Source of the DNA: Nitrospinales bacterium
GTDB lineage: Bacteria; Nitrospinota; Nitrospinia; Nitrospinales; VA-1
Length of the DNA stretch: 32,000 nt
Direction: 5' to 3'
Assembly (NCBI GenBank): GCA_965262115.1
Contig: OZ253496.1
Location: 875,802 to 907,801 of the forward strand
Positions 7,128-16,309 of the stretch are shown here, one piece after another. Below the pieces are notes generated by a model that searched no databases, was not told the origin of the DNA, and was given only the letters and a program-made list of their open reading frames with translations. The position numbers were made by a program, and so were the translations under genes. Positions within the stretch are counted from its first letter, which is position 1; every line of letters begins with the position of its first letter.

Positions 7128-9046
7128 TCTTTTTCAGCGGCGTCCGGTTTCACCAAATAGGTGTATCCGCTCAGCCCCGCCTTATAGAGATCGAGAAAAT
7201 CATCGGCTTCTTGTTGCGTGACCACGCCCCGTTGCACACACCCGATCAGGAAACCATCTATGCGCCCTGCAAGTTCATCGGCGCTGAACTGCACATAGTC
7301 TAGAACATCCGTCACATCTTCCCCTTCAATGATCTGCTCGTAGTTCACCGATCCGTCTTCTTTAATTGAAACGTGAACCGTATTGGTATCGCCAAACAGG
7401 TTGTGCAGGTCTCCCAAAATTTCCTGGTACGCTCCAGTGAGAAAAATGCAAAGGGAATAGCTTTCTTCGGGTTTGAGGGAATGCACTCTCATGGTGTTTT
7501 CGGTTCCACGGTGGTTGCCGATGAAATTGTCTATCCTTCCATCTGAATCGCAGGTGAGGTCTTCCAGCGTTGCGTCGCGGTTGGGTTCTTCATTCAGGCG
7601 GTGCAGGGGCACAACCGGAAACACCTGGTCAATCGCCCATGAGTCGGGCACCGATTGGAACACAGAAAAATTGCAGAAATATTTGTCTGCCAGCTTGGTT
7701 TTAAGAGAGCGGATATCATCTGGCAGGAATTTCAGCCGGGAACCCAGTTTTTCAATTTTCCGGCAAATCCCCCAGTAAATACGTTCGGCCACAGCTCGGT
7801 CGGCTAGGGAAATCAAGCCGAGTAGAAACTTATTCTGCACCTCCTCTTTCAGGTGCACGGCATCATGCCACGACTCGATAAGGTTTTTGTTGGAGGTGGA
7901 GTCGAGCACATCAAAAATTTCTTTCACCACTTCAGGCGCATCATCGGCAATTTCAATCTGGTCACTCCATTCCGGAAAGCTGGTCACATCCAGCACGTTC
8001 ACAACAAGAATAGAGTGATGTGCTGTCATGGCACGACCCGATTCCGAAATGATATTCGGGTGCGGCAGGTCTTCTGCCCGACAAATTTCCAGAAGGTGAT
8101 AGACCACATCGTTGGCATATTCCTGCACTGAATAATTGGTGCTGGACGCGAAGGTAGACCGCGACCCGTCGTAGTCAACACCCAACCCACCGCCCACATC
8201 TATATACTGAATATTGCACCCAAACTTCATCAATTCAGAATAGAACCGCCCCACTTCTTTCAGGATGTTTTTGATTCTGCGGATATTAGTGATCTGACTT
8301 CCCAGATGAAAGTGAATCAGTTTGACACAATCGAGGATATTTTTATTTTTGGCGATTTCCAGGGCTTCCATAAGTTCCATCGTGTTCAATCCGAACTTGG
8401 AATATTCCCCAGCTGAGGAGGACCAACGCCCCTGCCCCGCACTCACCAGCTTGATGCGGAGTCCGATATTAGGTTGCACTCCCAGTTCCCCGGCTACTTT
8501 CTCGATCAACGTCAGCTCATCAAGTTTCTCCACAACGATGAATACCTTTTTACCCAGCTTCTGGCTCATCAATGCCAGACGAATAAAAGCTTCATCTTTA
8601 TAGCCATTGCAGATCAGCAAGGCTTCCGGGTTGTCGAGGATGGCGAGTATGGCGTGCAGTTCTGGTTTGGACCCGGCTTCCAGTCCAATATTGTAAGGCT
8701 GTCCGAATCTTACAATCTCTTCCACCACCTGCCTTTGCTGGTTAACCTTGATGGGGTAGACCCCGTGATACCGGCCCTCAAAACCATATTCCTCCATGGA
8801 GTTTTGAAATGAGTTGGCAAGATTGGCGATACTGGCTTTAAGAATATCTGAAAATCGAATCAACACCGGCAGAGAATATCCCTTAGACTGGATATCATCG
8901 ACCAGTTCCTTGAGATCAATATGATGCGCGCTCTTCCTGTCGGGGCGCACAACAATATTGCCCTTGGAATTGATGTCGAAATAACCCGCTCCCCAACCAT
9001 TAATGTTGTAATGTTCGTGGGCTTCGTCGATGGTCCATTTCGTCAT
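7124..9046 (-). CDS. speA: Biosynthetic arginine decarboxylase SpeA
   Basis: The N-terminus is W.IDEAHEHYNINGWGAGYFDINSKGNIVVRP, followed by a PLP fold-III decarboxylase body of about 640 aa. ATG 9046 is preferred over the TTG at 9094. The stop is TAG. Confidence 0.92.
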   Translation of the reverse strand: MTKWTIDEAHEHYNINGWGAGYFDINSKGNIVVRPDRKSAHHIDLKELVDDIQSKGYSLPVLIRFSDILKASIANLANSFQNSMEEYGFEGRYHGVYPIKVNQQRQVVEEIVRFGQPYNIGLEAGSKPELHAILAILDNPEALLICNGYKDEAFIRLALMSQKLGKKVFIVVEKLDELTLIEKVAGELGVQPNIGLRIKLVSAGQGRWSSSAGEYSKFGLNTMELMEALEIAKNKNILDCVKLIHFHLGSQITNIRRIKNILKEVGRFYSELMKFGCNIQYIDVGGGLGVDYDGSRSTFASSTNYSVQEYANDVVYHLLEICRAEDLPHPNIISESGRAMTAHHSILVVNVLDVTSFPEWSDQIEIADDAPEVVKEIFDVLDSTSNKNLIESWHDAVHLKEEVQNKFLLGLISLADRAVAERIYWGICRKIEKLGSRLKFLPDDIRSLKTKLADKYFCNFSVFQSVPDSWAIDQVFPVVPLHRLNEEPNRDATLEDLTCDSDGRIDNFIGNHRGTENTMRVHSLKPEESYSLCIFLTGAYQEILGDLHNLFGDTNTVHVSIKEDGSVNYEQIIEGEDVTDVLDYVQFSADELAGRIDGFLIGCVQRGVVTQQEADDFLDLYKAGLSGYTYLVKPDAAEKD

Positions 9047-9327
9047 AACACAATTGCTCTCTAAAATTTTATCTACTGCTAGTCGCAGGGGCAACTGGCA
9101 TGAGCTCTTTCAGCCGAGATAACTCTTTGCTAGCAGAAAAAGTTATTGCTAATTTCCTCAAGGCGTAGCCTTGTTGCTATTTGTACTCCTTCTACCCCTT
9201 CGAGGCATAAAAGATAATGAGAGGATATCACAGCCCCCCGCCTAGTGGAATGTCAATTGAAAACAAAGGCATTCTTTGATTCGCCAACCTGTGCTATAAA
9301 ATCTGGGTTATATTGTTGAGTCCATTT

Positions 9328-10590
9328 ATGGAGCAGAAAATATTCATGAAAATTGAAAATGTGGAAGTGCGGGACATCGCCGGAGAATTCGGAACCCCCG
9401 TTTATGTATACAGTATGGAACACCTTCGCCGTTCGATTGGCGAGATCAAGCAATTGGCCCCTGTTACCCGTTACGCCATGAAGGCCAATTCCAATATCCG
9501 CATTCTCAAGGAAATGCTCGACAACGGGGTCAAAATTGACGCGGTCAGTGTTTTTGAAGTGCAACGCGCGCTTCGCGCGGGATTTAGCACCGACGACATC
9601 TGCTTCACCAGCGATGTCTTTTTCAACGATGAGGATGTGAAGTTCTGTCTTGAAAACAATATTTACTGCAATTGCGGCACATTGGGGATGGTCGAGGAAT
9701 ATGGCAAGGCCCTAAAAGCTACGGGCTCCGGCTCCTCAAAAATTTCAATCCGGATCAACCCCGGCGAAGGCGCCGGCCATTCTAAAAAAACCAATACCGG
9801 CGGCCCCTACAGTAAGCACGGAATCTGGTACCAGAACCTGGATGAGGTGAAACGGTTATTAAGAGAATACGACTTGACCTTGTCCGGCGTACATATGCAC
9901 ATCGGGTCTGGCGGCGATATGGAACACCTCAAACGTATCACCGGAAAACTAGTGAAATTCGCCAAACAGTTTGAAGAGGTGGAAACCGTCAACTTTGGCG
10001 GAGGGCTGCCCTACCAATATGATCCCGACCAACCGCAGGAAGATATTTCCGGATACAAAACCATTCTCGAAGAACGTGCAAAGCTATTGAAGGACCATTT
10101 TGGTCGGGACATTGTCTGCGAAATCGAACCGGGCAGAAGGTTCGTGGCGGGTTGTGGGACCCTGATCGGAGAAGTTCGCTCTCTCAATCACACCTTCGAT
10201 GAAGAGGGAAAACGTATCGACTATGTGTTGACGAATGTCGGCTTCTGCCATCTCCTCCGCCCCATGGCGTATGGATCGTTTCATCCTATCTGGTTTGTCG
10301 GTGATGACCTTGGGCCAGAACAAGATCTCATCGTGGCCGGGCCGGTTTGTGAATCCGGAGACGTGTTAACCCAAAAAGATGAAGAACCGGTAGCCCGCAC
10401 ACTGCCCATGCCGAAACCAGGGGACTGCATCGTGATCGGTGGAGCCGGGGCTTACGGTCACGTCATGTCCTCAAACTACAATTCCCAGCCGCTCATCCCC
10501 GAAGTGGTGGTCGAAGGCAACCGGTGCGTGCAGACCCGAAGCCGCCAGACACTTGATGATATCCTGCAGTCGGAAAACCAGACTGATTAA
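9328..10590 (+). CDS. lysA: Diaminopimelate decarboxylase LysA (E. coli type)
   Basis: Motif-by-motif it is colinear with E. coli LysA: YAMKANSN, RINPGEGAGHSKKTNTGG..SKHGIWY, GVHMHIGSG, EIEPGR, AGPVCESGD, GAYG..MSSNYNS.PL.PEV. The start is uncertain (TTG 9313, ATG 9328 or ATG 9346). Confidence 0.85.
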   Translation: MEQKIFMKIENVEVRDIAGEFGTPVYVYSMEHLRRSIGEIKQLAPVTRYAMKANSNIRILKEMLDNGVKIDAVSVFEVQRALRAGFSTDDICFTSDVFFNDEDVKFCLENNIYCNCGTLGMVEEYGKALKATGSGSSKISIRINPGEGAGHSKKTNTGGPYSKHGIWYQNLDEVKRLLREYDLTLSGVHMHIGSGGDMEHLKRITGKLVKFAKQFEEVETVNFGGGLPYQYDPDQPQEDISGYKTILEERAKLLKDHFGRDIVCEIEPGRRFVAGCGTLIGEVRSLNHTFDEEGKRIDYVLTNVGFCHLLRPMAYGSFHPIWFVGDDLGPEQDLIVAGPVCESGDVLTQKDEEPVARTLPMPKPGDCIVIGGAGAYGHVMSSNYNSQPLIPEVVVEGNRCVQTRSRQTLDDILQSENQTD

Positions 10591-10610
10591 CCTCTTTTTT
10601 GTTGGCCTCT

Positions 10611-10916
10611 TTAAAACAACGGGTCTATTTTCTCGGCCATCTGCACATCGGCGAGAGTGACCCCTCTTGTCGTGTGGGTCCAGTAGCGGATGGTGATGCG
10701 TTTATAGTTGATGATGATGTCCGGGTGATGATTGTTGTCTTCCGCTGCTTCGGCGATCTTACCCACAAAATCAATCCCTTCCATGAATTTGGAGGCGTGG
10801 TGGACCCGCTCGATGTAAGGCACCCCTTTTTCGTTCTTGCCGGTTTTCCATTCTGGCGCCATCTCTTTCAACTTTTCTTCCAGCTCCTGTTCAGTCAGGG
10901 CAATCTTTTCTACCAT
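10611..10916 (-). CDS. Pterin-4-alpha-carbinolamine dehydratase (PCD/DCoH family)
   Basis: About 101 aa from MVEKIALTEQELEEKL, with ...F.....F..KIAEAAEDNNHHPDIIINYKRITI..WTH. This carries the HHPD signature. The upstream extension in the track overlaps the neighbouring gene. Confidence 0.85.
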   Translation of the reverse strand: MVEKIALTEQELEEKLKEMAPEWKTGKNEKGVPYIERVHHASKFMEGIDFVGKIAEAAEDNNHHPDIIINYKRITIRYWTHTTRGVTLADVQMAEKIDPLF

Positions 10917-10962
10917 TTTCAAACTCCATAAATTTATATCTGGCGCAGACCGGGTTTGACAA

Positions 10963-11208
10963 TCAAACAAGTTTGTCCAGTTTTTTACGCAAGGTGGTTT
11001 CGTGCGCCTTGTATACAAAACTTTCTTCGCCATTGATGCGCACCACCGGAATGCGCTCCTTATAAGATTCAAACAACACGGGATCAGATTCAATATCCGT
11101 CAGGGTCAGGACCGCTGGATAATCGGCAAGCACCCGCTCAACAATAGCCTTCGCGTCATCGCAAAGACAGCAATCTTTTTTGGTCAGAATTTCTATATTG
11201 ATACTCAT
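10963..11208 (-). CDS. Glutaredoxin-like small thioredoxin-fold protein (CxxC)
   Basis: 81 aa. MSINIEILTKKDCCLCDDAKAIV carries CCLC as the redox motif. ..ERIPVVRINGE.. provides the cis-Pro region. Confidence 0.75.
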   Translation of the reverse strand: MSINIEILTKKDCCLCDDAKAIVERVLADYPAVLTLTDIESDPVLFESYKERIPVVRINGEESFVYKAHETTLRKKLDKLV

Positions 11209-11300
11209 CGACTGCTCGCCGCAGGGGCAAAATTTATATCCAGAGGGCTAACCAATATATCTTACAGTAAACCGCCCTATTCCCTCCGGGCGTGGCCCGG

Positions 11301-12314
11301 TTACATGGAGTGGGTCATGGTTGTAATTTTCCCCCAGATAATGAGGCAGGTGAACAACAGGATGAATCCAACCAGAACCGTCATTGCCAACGGTCGTTTC
11401 TTCCAATACCTCTCTTTATTTTGATCGACGAAGGGAATGGCGGCCAGAAACAAAATGATCAACGGAGGAGCGACAATCATAAAAGGCACCCACAGGTTTT
11501 CCAAAGCATATATCCAGACAAACTGCCACGGCGGCTTGGTCACTTCCAGTCCCAGCACCGGTTCTTCTCCCAGTGGTGGAGCAATGGTGAGCGCCAGCAG
11601 GCAGATCAACAGGAACACCCCCGCTCCCGCTCTTTGCAGATATGCCATGTGCCGGGTAAAAGACATGTCTTTACTTTTTTCCTGCGCTTCGGGCAGAGGC
11701 GACAGCTTGTGGAATTTAACGTAGAACAGGTGTAGTCCCACCATCAACAAAGTGATGATCGGGAGCAATGATATATGAGCCATATAAATCCGGTTTAACA
11801 GCGGCACTCCCGGCGCAAATTCTTCGGTCAGTGGAAAGCCAAAAATGCCGATTTGCTCTGCCACCCAGAGAAAATGCGCCAGGGCTTCATAGGCTTCCTG
11901 ATCCCACTTGATAACCGTGCCCGTAAACAGCAAGGTCACCATCAGCAGCATCAGGCCGATTCCTATCAACCAGTTTATTTCGCGGGGATTTTTATAGGAT
12001 GCGGTAAAAAAGACACGTATCACATGCAGAGTCATGGTCACAGTCAGCACTTCCGCCGCCCAGAAATGAATGCCGCGCAGAAACCAGCCCAAATAAACCT
12101 GATCGACCAGGTAATGCAGGCTCTGGTTGGCGCGTTCGGGGTCGGGCACAAAAAACTGTGCCAGCAAAATTCCACTGAGAACCAGAACCGTGAAGGACGA
12201 CAGGGTCATTCCCCCAAGAGAGTATTTTATGGAGTTGGCGTGTTCTGGAATGTCGTATTCAAGAAGCTGAAAGCCTAGCCGGTCTTGCAAAATTTTTGAA
12301 AGTCCGTTAGCCAT
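11301..12314 (-). CDS. Cytochrome b (b6-like N-domain fused to a subunit-IV-like C-domain), atypical Qo motif
   Basis: Helix B is H-x13-H ([17 protein letters not shown]) and helix D is H-x14-H ([17 protein letters not shown]). It also has W..G......G...KWDQ and three further TM helices. [13 protein letters not shown] stands in place of PEWY. ATG 12314 is preceded by GGGAGA-N8. Confidence 0.85.
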   Translation of the reverse strand: MANGLSKILQDRLGFQLLEYDIPEHANSIKYSLGGMTLSSFTVLVLSGILLAQFFVPDPERANQSLHYLVDQVYLGWFLRGIHFWAAEVLTVTMTLHVIRVFFTASYKNPREINWLIGIGLMLLMVTLLFTGTVIKWDQEAYEALAHFLWVAEQIGIFGFPLTEEFAPGVPLLNRIYMAHISLLPIITLLMVGLHLFYVKFHKLSPLPEAQEKSKDMSFTRHMAYLQRAGAGVFLLICLLALTIAPPLGEEPVLGLEVTKPPWQFVWIYALENLWVPFMIVAPPLIILFLAAIPFVDQNKERYWKKRPLAMTVLVGFILLFTCLIIWGKITTMTHSM

Positions 12315-12318
12315 CAGG

Positions 12319-12750
12319 TCATTCTCCCGGCCGCAGGTAAGTGAGACCGGCAAAAGCTAAGCCAGCAAACAGGGTGATGCCGACAGCAGTTCCAAACCCC
12401 TTGCTGGATGAAGAAACCCTCTCATGGTGAGAAAGCTCGACCTGAGCCTCCTGATGCTCGCTATGATTTCCCTCCATTTTCATACCCCCCATGGGCATAG
12501 GATCAGGCGAGGCTAGCTCATCTTGTGTGAACAAATCGGTGGGGGAAAACATATTATCGAGGCCGTTATCGGAGTCCGAAAGGGGGTTGACCTCTTTAGC
12601 AGAGTACATTGGGTCTATGGCCGCAGGTTCTTCCGCTTTTTTTTCCACAGACTTGTGGCCTCCACCATGTGCGAATGCTTCCTGAATTGGAAGCAGGAAG
12701 AAGGCCGCCAGAAAAACTACCGATGCAAGACAAAATTTATTCACGATCAA
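12319..12750 (-). CDS. Secreted, C-terminally anchored His/Met-rich protein (possible metal binding)
   Basis: The signal peptide is ..[23 protein letters not shown], followed by HGGGH. It contains [20 protein letters not shown] and ELSHHER. The C-terminal TM is [21 protein letters not shown] recognise no family. Confidence 0.6.
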   Translation of the reverse strand: MIVNKFCLASVVFLAAFFLLPIQEAFAHGGGHKSVEKKAEEPAAIDPMYSAKEVNPLSDSDNGLDNMFSPTDLFTQDELASPDPMPMGGMKMEGNHSEHQEAQVELSHHERVSSSSKGFGTAVGITLFAGLAFAGLTYLRPGE

Positions 12751-13310
12751 CTCCCGAGCACCATTTGAGAAAAGGCCTCCAGAGTTTCTTCGTTGGCCCA
12801 GTCTCGTGGGCCAATCGCCTTATGGACAATGAGGCCCTCTCGATTGACGATAAAGGTTTCAGGAACACCGGTGGTCTTATAAACTTTTTTAGCGATTTCG
12901 CTTTCGGGATCGAGCAACACCGGGAAAGTCAGATTGAATTTTTTCATGAATGGCTCAATCAAACTCTGATCTTTATCCACGCTGATGGTGAGCATCTCGA
13001 ATCCGAAGTCTTTATATTTTCGGTACAGTTTTTCCATCGAAGGCATTTCCACTTCGCAAGTTCCGCACCAGGTCGCCCAGAAGTTGATGAACACCACTTT
13101 GCCGCGATAGTCGGAAAGCTTCACCTTTCCTCCCGCCAAAGTAGACAGTTCAAATTCGGGAGATATAAATGCCTCTGCCGGATATTCGGTTTCAAAGGGT
13201 TTTAACTCCACCTTATTGAGCGACATCACAAACACAGACAAAAGCGCCGCAACCATAAAGGTGTAGGGAATATAAATGCTGATGGGTTTATCCTGAGCTA
13301 CGTTTTCCAT
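12747..13310 (-). CDS. TlpA/ResA-like membrane-anchored thiol:disulfide oxidoreductase
   Basis: It has an N-terminal TM, FINFWATWCGTCEVEMP (WCxxC) and ..YKTTGVPETFIV. (cis-Pro). Confidence 0.88.
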   Translation of the reverse strand: MENVAQDKPISIYIPYTFMVAALLSVFVMSLNKVELKPFETEYPAEAFISPEFELSTLAGGKVKLSDYRGKVVFINFWATWCGTCEVEMPSMEKLYRKYKDFGFEMLTISVDKDQSLIEPFMKKFNLTFPVLLDPESEIAKKVYKTTGVPETFIVNREGLIVHKAIGPRDWANEETLEAFSQMVLGS

Positions 13311-13319
13311 GATTTTTTT

Positions 13320-13769
13320 TTAAGTTCTGCGATAAGGCCGATAAAACTTTTTGTCCACGGCAATTACAATTTCGTCCAGGGTCTTTCCCTGATTATACAA
13401 TTCATAGGCGTAAAACACTTCTCCCAGGCAGATATCGCATTTAGAACCGTGCTTGTTCGTGTAACAGGTCAGCAGGGTTTTATGCCCATGATTCTTTTTA
13501 CAGTAGCAATAACAAAACAGGCTGTCGATCACCTTGGGAATTTCGGCGGCGATGCGGTAGGCTTTCGCCACTCGCCCCGTGAACGAGGCATCGGGCATGA
13601 TCGGGCGGGTTTCAATCAAAAATCCCGTTGCCGGAGCCACCGGCTGAGCCTTCGGCTTGGTCCCGACATAAACACCTCCCACTATCAGGCAGACCAGAAG
13701 ACCCAACGCGATAAATGAAATACGTTTTTTACTCATTGATGAGGTTCTGCCAGATTTTTTCTTACCCAT
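13320..13769 (-). CDS. CYCxC / PCYCGC-motif family protein, N-terminal anchor
   Basis: LFCYCYCKKNHGHKTLLTCYTNKHGSKCDICLGE follows a TM helix. I prefer ATG 13769 (MGKKKSG), which sits 8 nt after GGAGG, over the TTG at 13790. Confidence 0.7.
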   Translation of the reverse strand: MGKKKSGRTSSMSKKRISFIALGLLVCLIVGGVYVGTKPKAQPVAPATGFLIETRPIMPDASFTGRVAKAYRIAAEIPKVIDSLFCYCYCKKNHGHKTLLTCYTNKHGSKCDICLGEVFYAYELYNQGKTLDEIVIAVDKKFYRPYRRT

Positions 13770-13770
13770 A

Positions 13771-13810
13771 CGGAGTACCTCCGTTAGCAACTTGCAATAT
13801 ATTTATCGTG
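13771..13810 (-). repeat. 40-nt upstream element, copy 3 (palindrome CGGAGGTACTCCG abuts the start codon)
   Basis: The minus strand reads CGATAAATATATTGCAAGTTGCTAACGGAGGTACTCCGT-ATG. The GGAGG inside the 5' arm of the palindrome is the only Shine-Dalgarno sequence for the CYCxC gene. Confidence 0.65.
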
Positions 13811-13989
13811 CATCCAAACGGCTTCTCGGCTCAATGAGTCATTGCTTACTGGCCCTGTTATATCCGCTCCTCAGCTCTCATGCCCCGGAAAGGGGTACAC
13901 ACTTAGTGGGGATTATATGGACTGCTGAACCTCAATTCAACTCAATTCCCCGCCATCCACCGAGGACAGAGTTTTCCCGCCCCACAGCA

Positions 13990-14790
13990 TCACAATTGAG
14001 TGTCTGTGAATTCAATATGGGATGCAGCCTTGACCAACTGGTCAGAGTTTTTCCATTGCAACTTGTCCTGGGGGATGAGAAAGTCGCCTTCGGCGTTGCG
14101 GAAGGGGCGCCACTCCCGGTCCAGATAAACCTCATTAGGCCTGAAGCTTGCCTTATAGACCAAGGATGCATTGTCGGAAATATAATAACCGAGATAAAAA
14201 TATTTGATCCGGCTCGTGAGGGCATATTCCATCTGCTTCAATACGCTGAAAGTTCCCAGGCTCATTTTTTTGTCGGGAACCTGATAAAAAGTATAAATAG
14301 CGGAAAAAGACTGGGATGTTCTGTCGCCTAGCGCCACGCCAATGAGCTTTCCATCAAGATAGTATTCGAACTCAATTCCAAAAGGCGTGTTGACATAAAA
14401 AGACAGTCGGAAATTTTGTTCGTCTTCCACATCATCCTGCAGGGAAAAAAATCTTTCCTTGTGAATGAGGTAAAGCTCAAATTTCTCATGAGTATATTGC
14501 GGGACACCAATCTTGACCTCCACACCCTTACAGGAAGCCAAAGCCCGTTTCTGGTTACGAGTCATTTTGAAATTCTCGATCCGCACCCGGATGGGAATGC
14601 ACTGGTAGCAGTCCTGACAGCGGGGACGAAAAAAGTAATCCCCGAAATGGCGCATGCCATGAGCCAACAGGTATTCAAATTCCACCTCTGAGACATCTTC
14701 AAGCAGGTACTCCTCGAACAGGGATTTTCTATCCTTAAAATACCCGCATTGAAATGATCTGGAATCTATAAAATGGGCTAACATATTCAC
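13990..14790 (-). CDS. bpt: Arginyl/leucyl-tRNA--protein transferase Bpt (ATE family)
   Basis: The N-terminal Cys region is FQCGYF...; then HGMRHFGDYFFRPRCQDCYQCIPIRV. The C-terminal acyltransferase domain has ..SAIYTFY.P......LGTFS.L...E.A. The protein is 266 aa. Confidence 0.85.
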   Translation of the reverse strand: MNMLAHFIDSRSFQCGYFKDRKSLFEEYLLEDVSEVEFEYLLAHGMRHFGDYFFRPRCQDCYQCIPIRVRIENFKMTRNQKRALASCKGVEVKIGVPQYTHEKFELYLIHKERFFSLQDDVEDEQNFRLSFYVNTPFGIEFEYYLDGKLIGVALGDRTSQSFSAIYTFYQVPDKKMSLGTFSVLKQMEYALTSRIKYFYLGYYISDNASLVYKASFRPNEVYLDREWRPFRNAEGDFLIPQDKLQWKNSDQLVKAASHIEFTDTQL

Positions 14791-15046
14791 TTCCCCCCGC
14801 TGAGTGGAGGGGAATCCTCAAATTAAGTATCTATGATCTCATTATTCTATAATACTTTACTGTCAGATGACAAATCAGGATAAGAGACCTATATGCCTGA
14901 TATCCATTTTCAGCCCCACGATGGTCGTGAGGTTTGAAATTCTGCCCGTTTTATGATTAACTTTCCTCGCGTGGGCAGGACCCAAACAGCACAGAAACTT
15001 CAATAAACGCAAAAGTTACTCCCTTCCCTTGTGGAGATATATCGGT

Positions 15047-15721
15047 TTGAAGGTATCCATCATCGTTCCCACTCTTAATGAAGAGTTTGTTCTCGAGAAA
15101 ACCCTGACACAAATCCAACAGCTTTCTCCTCATGAGTTGATTGTCAGCTATGGCGGGAGTGATGATGATACCCGCCTTATTGCCAAAAAGTTCAGCCACC
15201 GCGTCATCACCGGGTCTGCCGGTCGCGCTATGCAAATGAATGCCGGTGCCGACGAAGCCACCGGTGATCTATTGCTTTTTTTGCATGCCGACAACCGACT
15301 CGAGCCTGAAAGCTATCGAAAAATGCTGGAGCACATGGAGAATCCTGAATGGATCGGAGGCGCCTTCACACTCTGTATAGAATCCCAAAAATGGTCCATC
15401 AAGTTGATTGCCCTGTTAGCCAATATCCGCTCGAAATATTTTGGCCTCGCTTATGGTGATCAGGGGTTCTTTGTCCGTAAAGAGGTTTTCAAAAACATGA
15501 ATGGATTCTCCCCTCTTCCTATTTGTGAAGATCTTGATTTCTACTGCCGCTTGAGAAAGAAAGGACCTGTTATCTTGCTAAAGGAAAAGACGCATACTTC
15601 CCCAAGACGCTGGATCAAGGAAGGAATCGTTTTCACCACAGCAAGGAATATCCTCATCGCCATCCTGTTCGGCCTGGGGTTCCCGCCGCGCACCCTGACC
15701 AAATGGTATCCCCCCCACTAG
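15047..15721 (+). CDS. Family-2 glycosyltransferase (small single-domain type, TIGR04283-like by recollection)
   Basis: (M)KVSIIVPTLNEE, ..GGSDDDT, GRAMQMNAGA..ATGDLLLFLHADN, YGDQGFFVRKEVF and TSPRRW are present. TTG 15047 sits 10 nt after GGAG. The track start is TTG 15029. Confidence 0.8.
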   Translation: MKVSIIVPTLNEEFVLEKTLTQIQQLSPHELIVSYGGSDDDTRLIAKKFSHRVITGSAGRAMQMNAGADEATGDLLLFLHADNRLEPESYRKMLEHMENPEWIGGAFTLCIESQKWSIKLIALLANIRSKYFGLAYGDQGFFVRKEVFKNMNGFSPLPICEDLDFYCRLRKKGPVILLKEKTHTSPRRWIKEGIVFTTARNILIAILFGLGFPPRTLTKWYPPH

Positions 15722-15770
15722 GTGCCCTAGTAGTGCTGGATTCCAATTGTGATCAACGGGTATGCTGGCT

Positions 15771-16199
15771 TCATTCAACTTTCACTTTTTTCTGTTCAAA
15801 CAGGGCATCCAAAATAGGGCAATCAGGCACTACTCCCCCTTCACATTTTGAAGAAATTTCAGCCAATATTTTTTCCAGCTTTTTTAAATCCAAAATCTTT
15901 TGATGAATATTCCCCAGGTGATGAAGAGTGATATCTTCCACCTGCTGACAGGTGTAAGCCCCTCCATCAATTAGTTTCAAAAGGGCTCGGATATCCGCAA
16001 GCGAAAATCCTAGTTCCCTGCACCGACAAATAAATACAAGCCGCTTTAAGTGACTTTCACTATAAATCCGGTGTCCACCTTCTGTTCTGGGCGGTTTCGG
16101 GAAGATTTCAATCTTTTCATAATATCTGATTGTTTCGATCTTACAATTAGTTTGCCTGGACAAAAGCCCAATGCTCAAGTTTTTTTCTTGATTTGGCAT
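15771..16199 (-). CDS. MerR-family metal-responsive transcriptional regulator with a three-cysteine site
   Basis: The N-terminal HTH is LSIGLLSRQTNCKIETIRYYEKIEI. It also has GHRIY.ESHL.RL.FI, a coiled coil, Cys84 (DGGAYTCQQV) and the loop Cys119-x7-Cys127-Pro (KCEGGVVPDCPIL). It is divergent from a MerR-type promoter. Confidence 0.88.
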   Translation of the reverse strand: MPNQEKNLSIGLLSRQTNCKIETIRYYEKIEIFPKPPRTEGGHRIYSESHLKRLVFICRCRELGFSLADIRALLKLIDGGAYTCQQVEDITLHHLGNIHQKILDLKKLEKILAEISSKCEGGVVPDCPILDALFEQKKVKVE

Positions 16200-16207
16200 A
16201 ATAATCC

Positions 16208-16241
16208 TTGAACCTGTAGTTACTACAGGTTCTATATTATA
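16208..16241 (+). promoter_or_regulatory. MerR-type promoter/operator with an overlapping divergent -10
   Basis: TTGAAC (16208..16213), a 19-nt spacer and TATATT (16233..16238). The spacer is filled by the palindrome GAACCTGTAGT-T-ACTACAGGTTC (16210..16232, 11-bp perfect arms). On the minus strand, TATAAT (16236..16241) faces the regulator gene. Confidence 0.8.
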
Positions 16242-16309
16242 AATGAATAAAGGATTTCATGGAAAGGTGAATCTAGCCAAAAGACAAATCAAATTTTAAG
16301 GGGACAACT

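Noticed and set aside
7124-10590. Considered that the decarboxylase at 9328..10590 is a polyamine-pathway enzyme because it is divergent from speA
   Set aside because: It matches E. coli-type LysA motif for motif (KANSN, NPG..GHS.KTNTGG..SKHGIW, HMHIGSG, EPGR, CESGD, SSNYNS.PL.PEV). It does not resemble carboxynorspermidine decarboxylase as I recall it.
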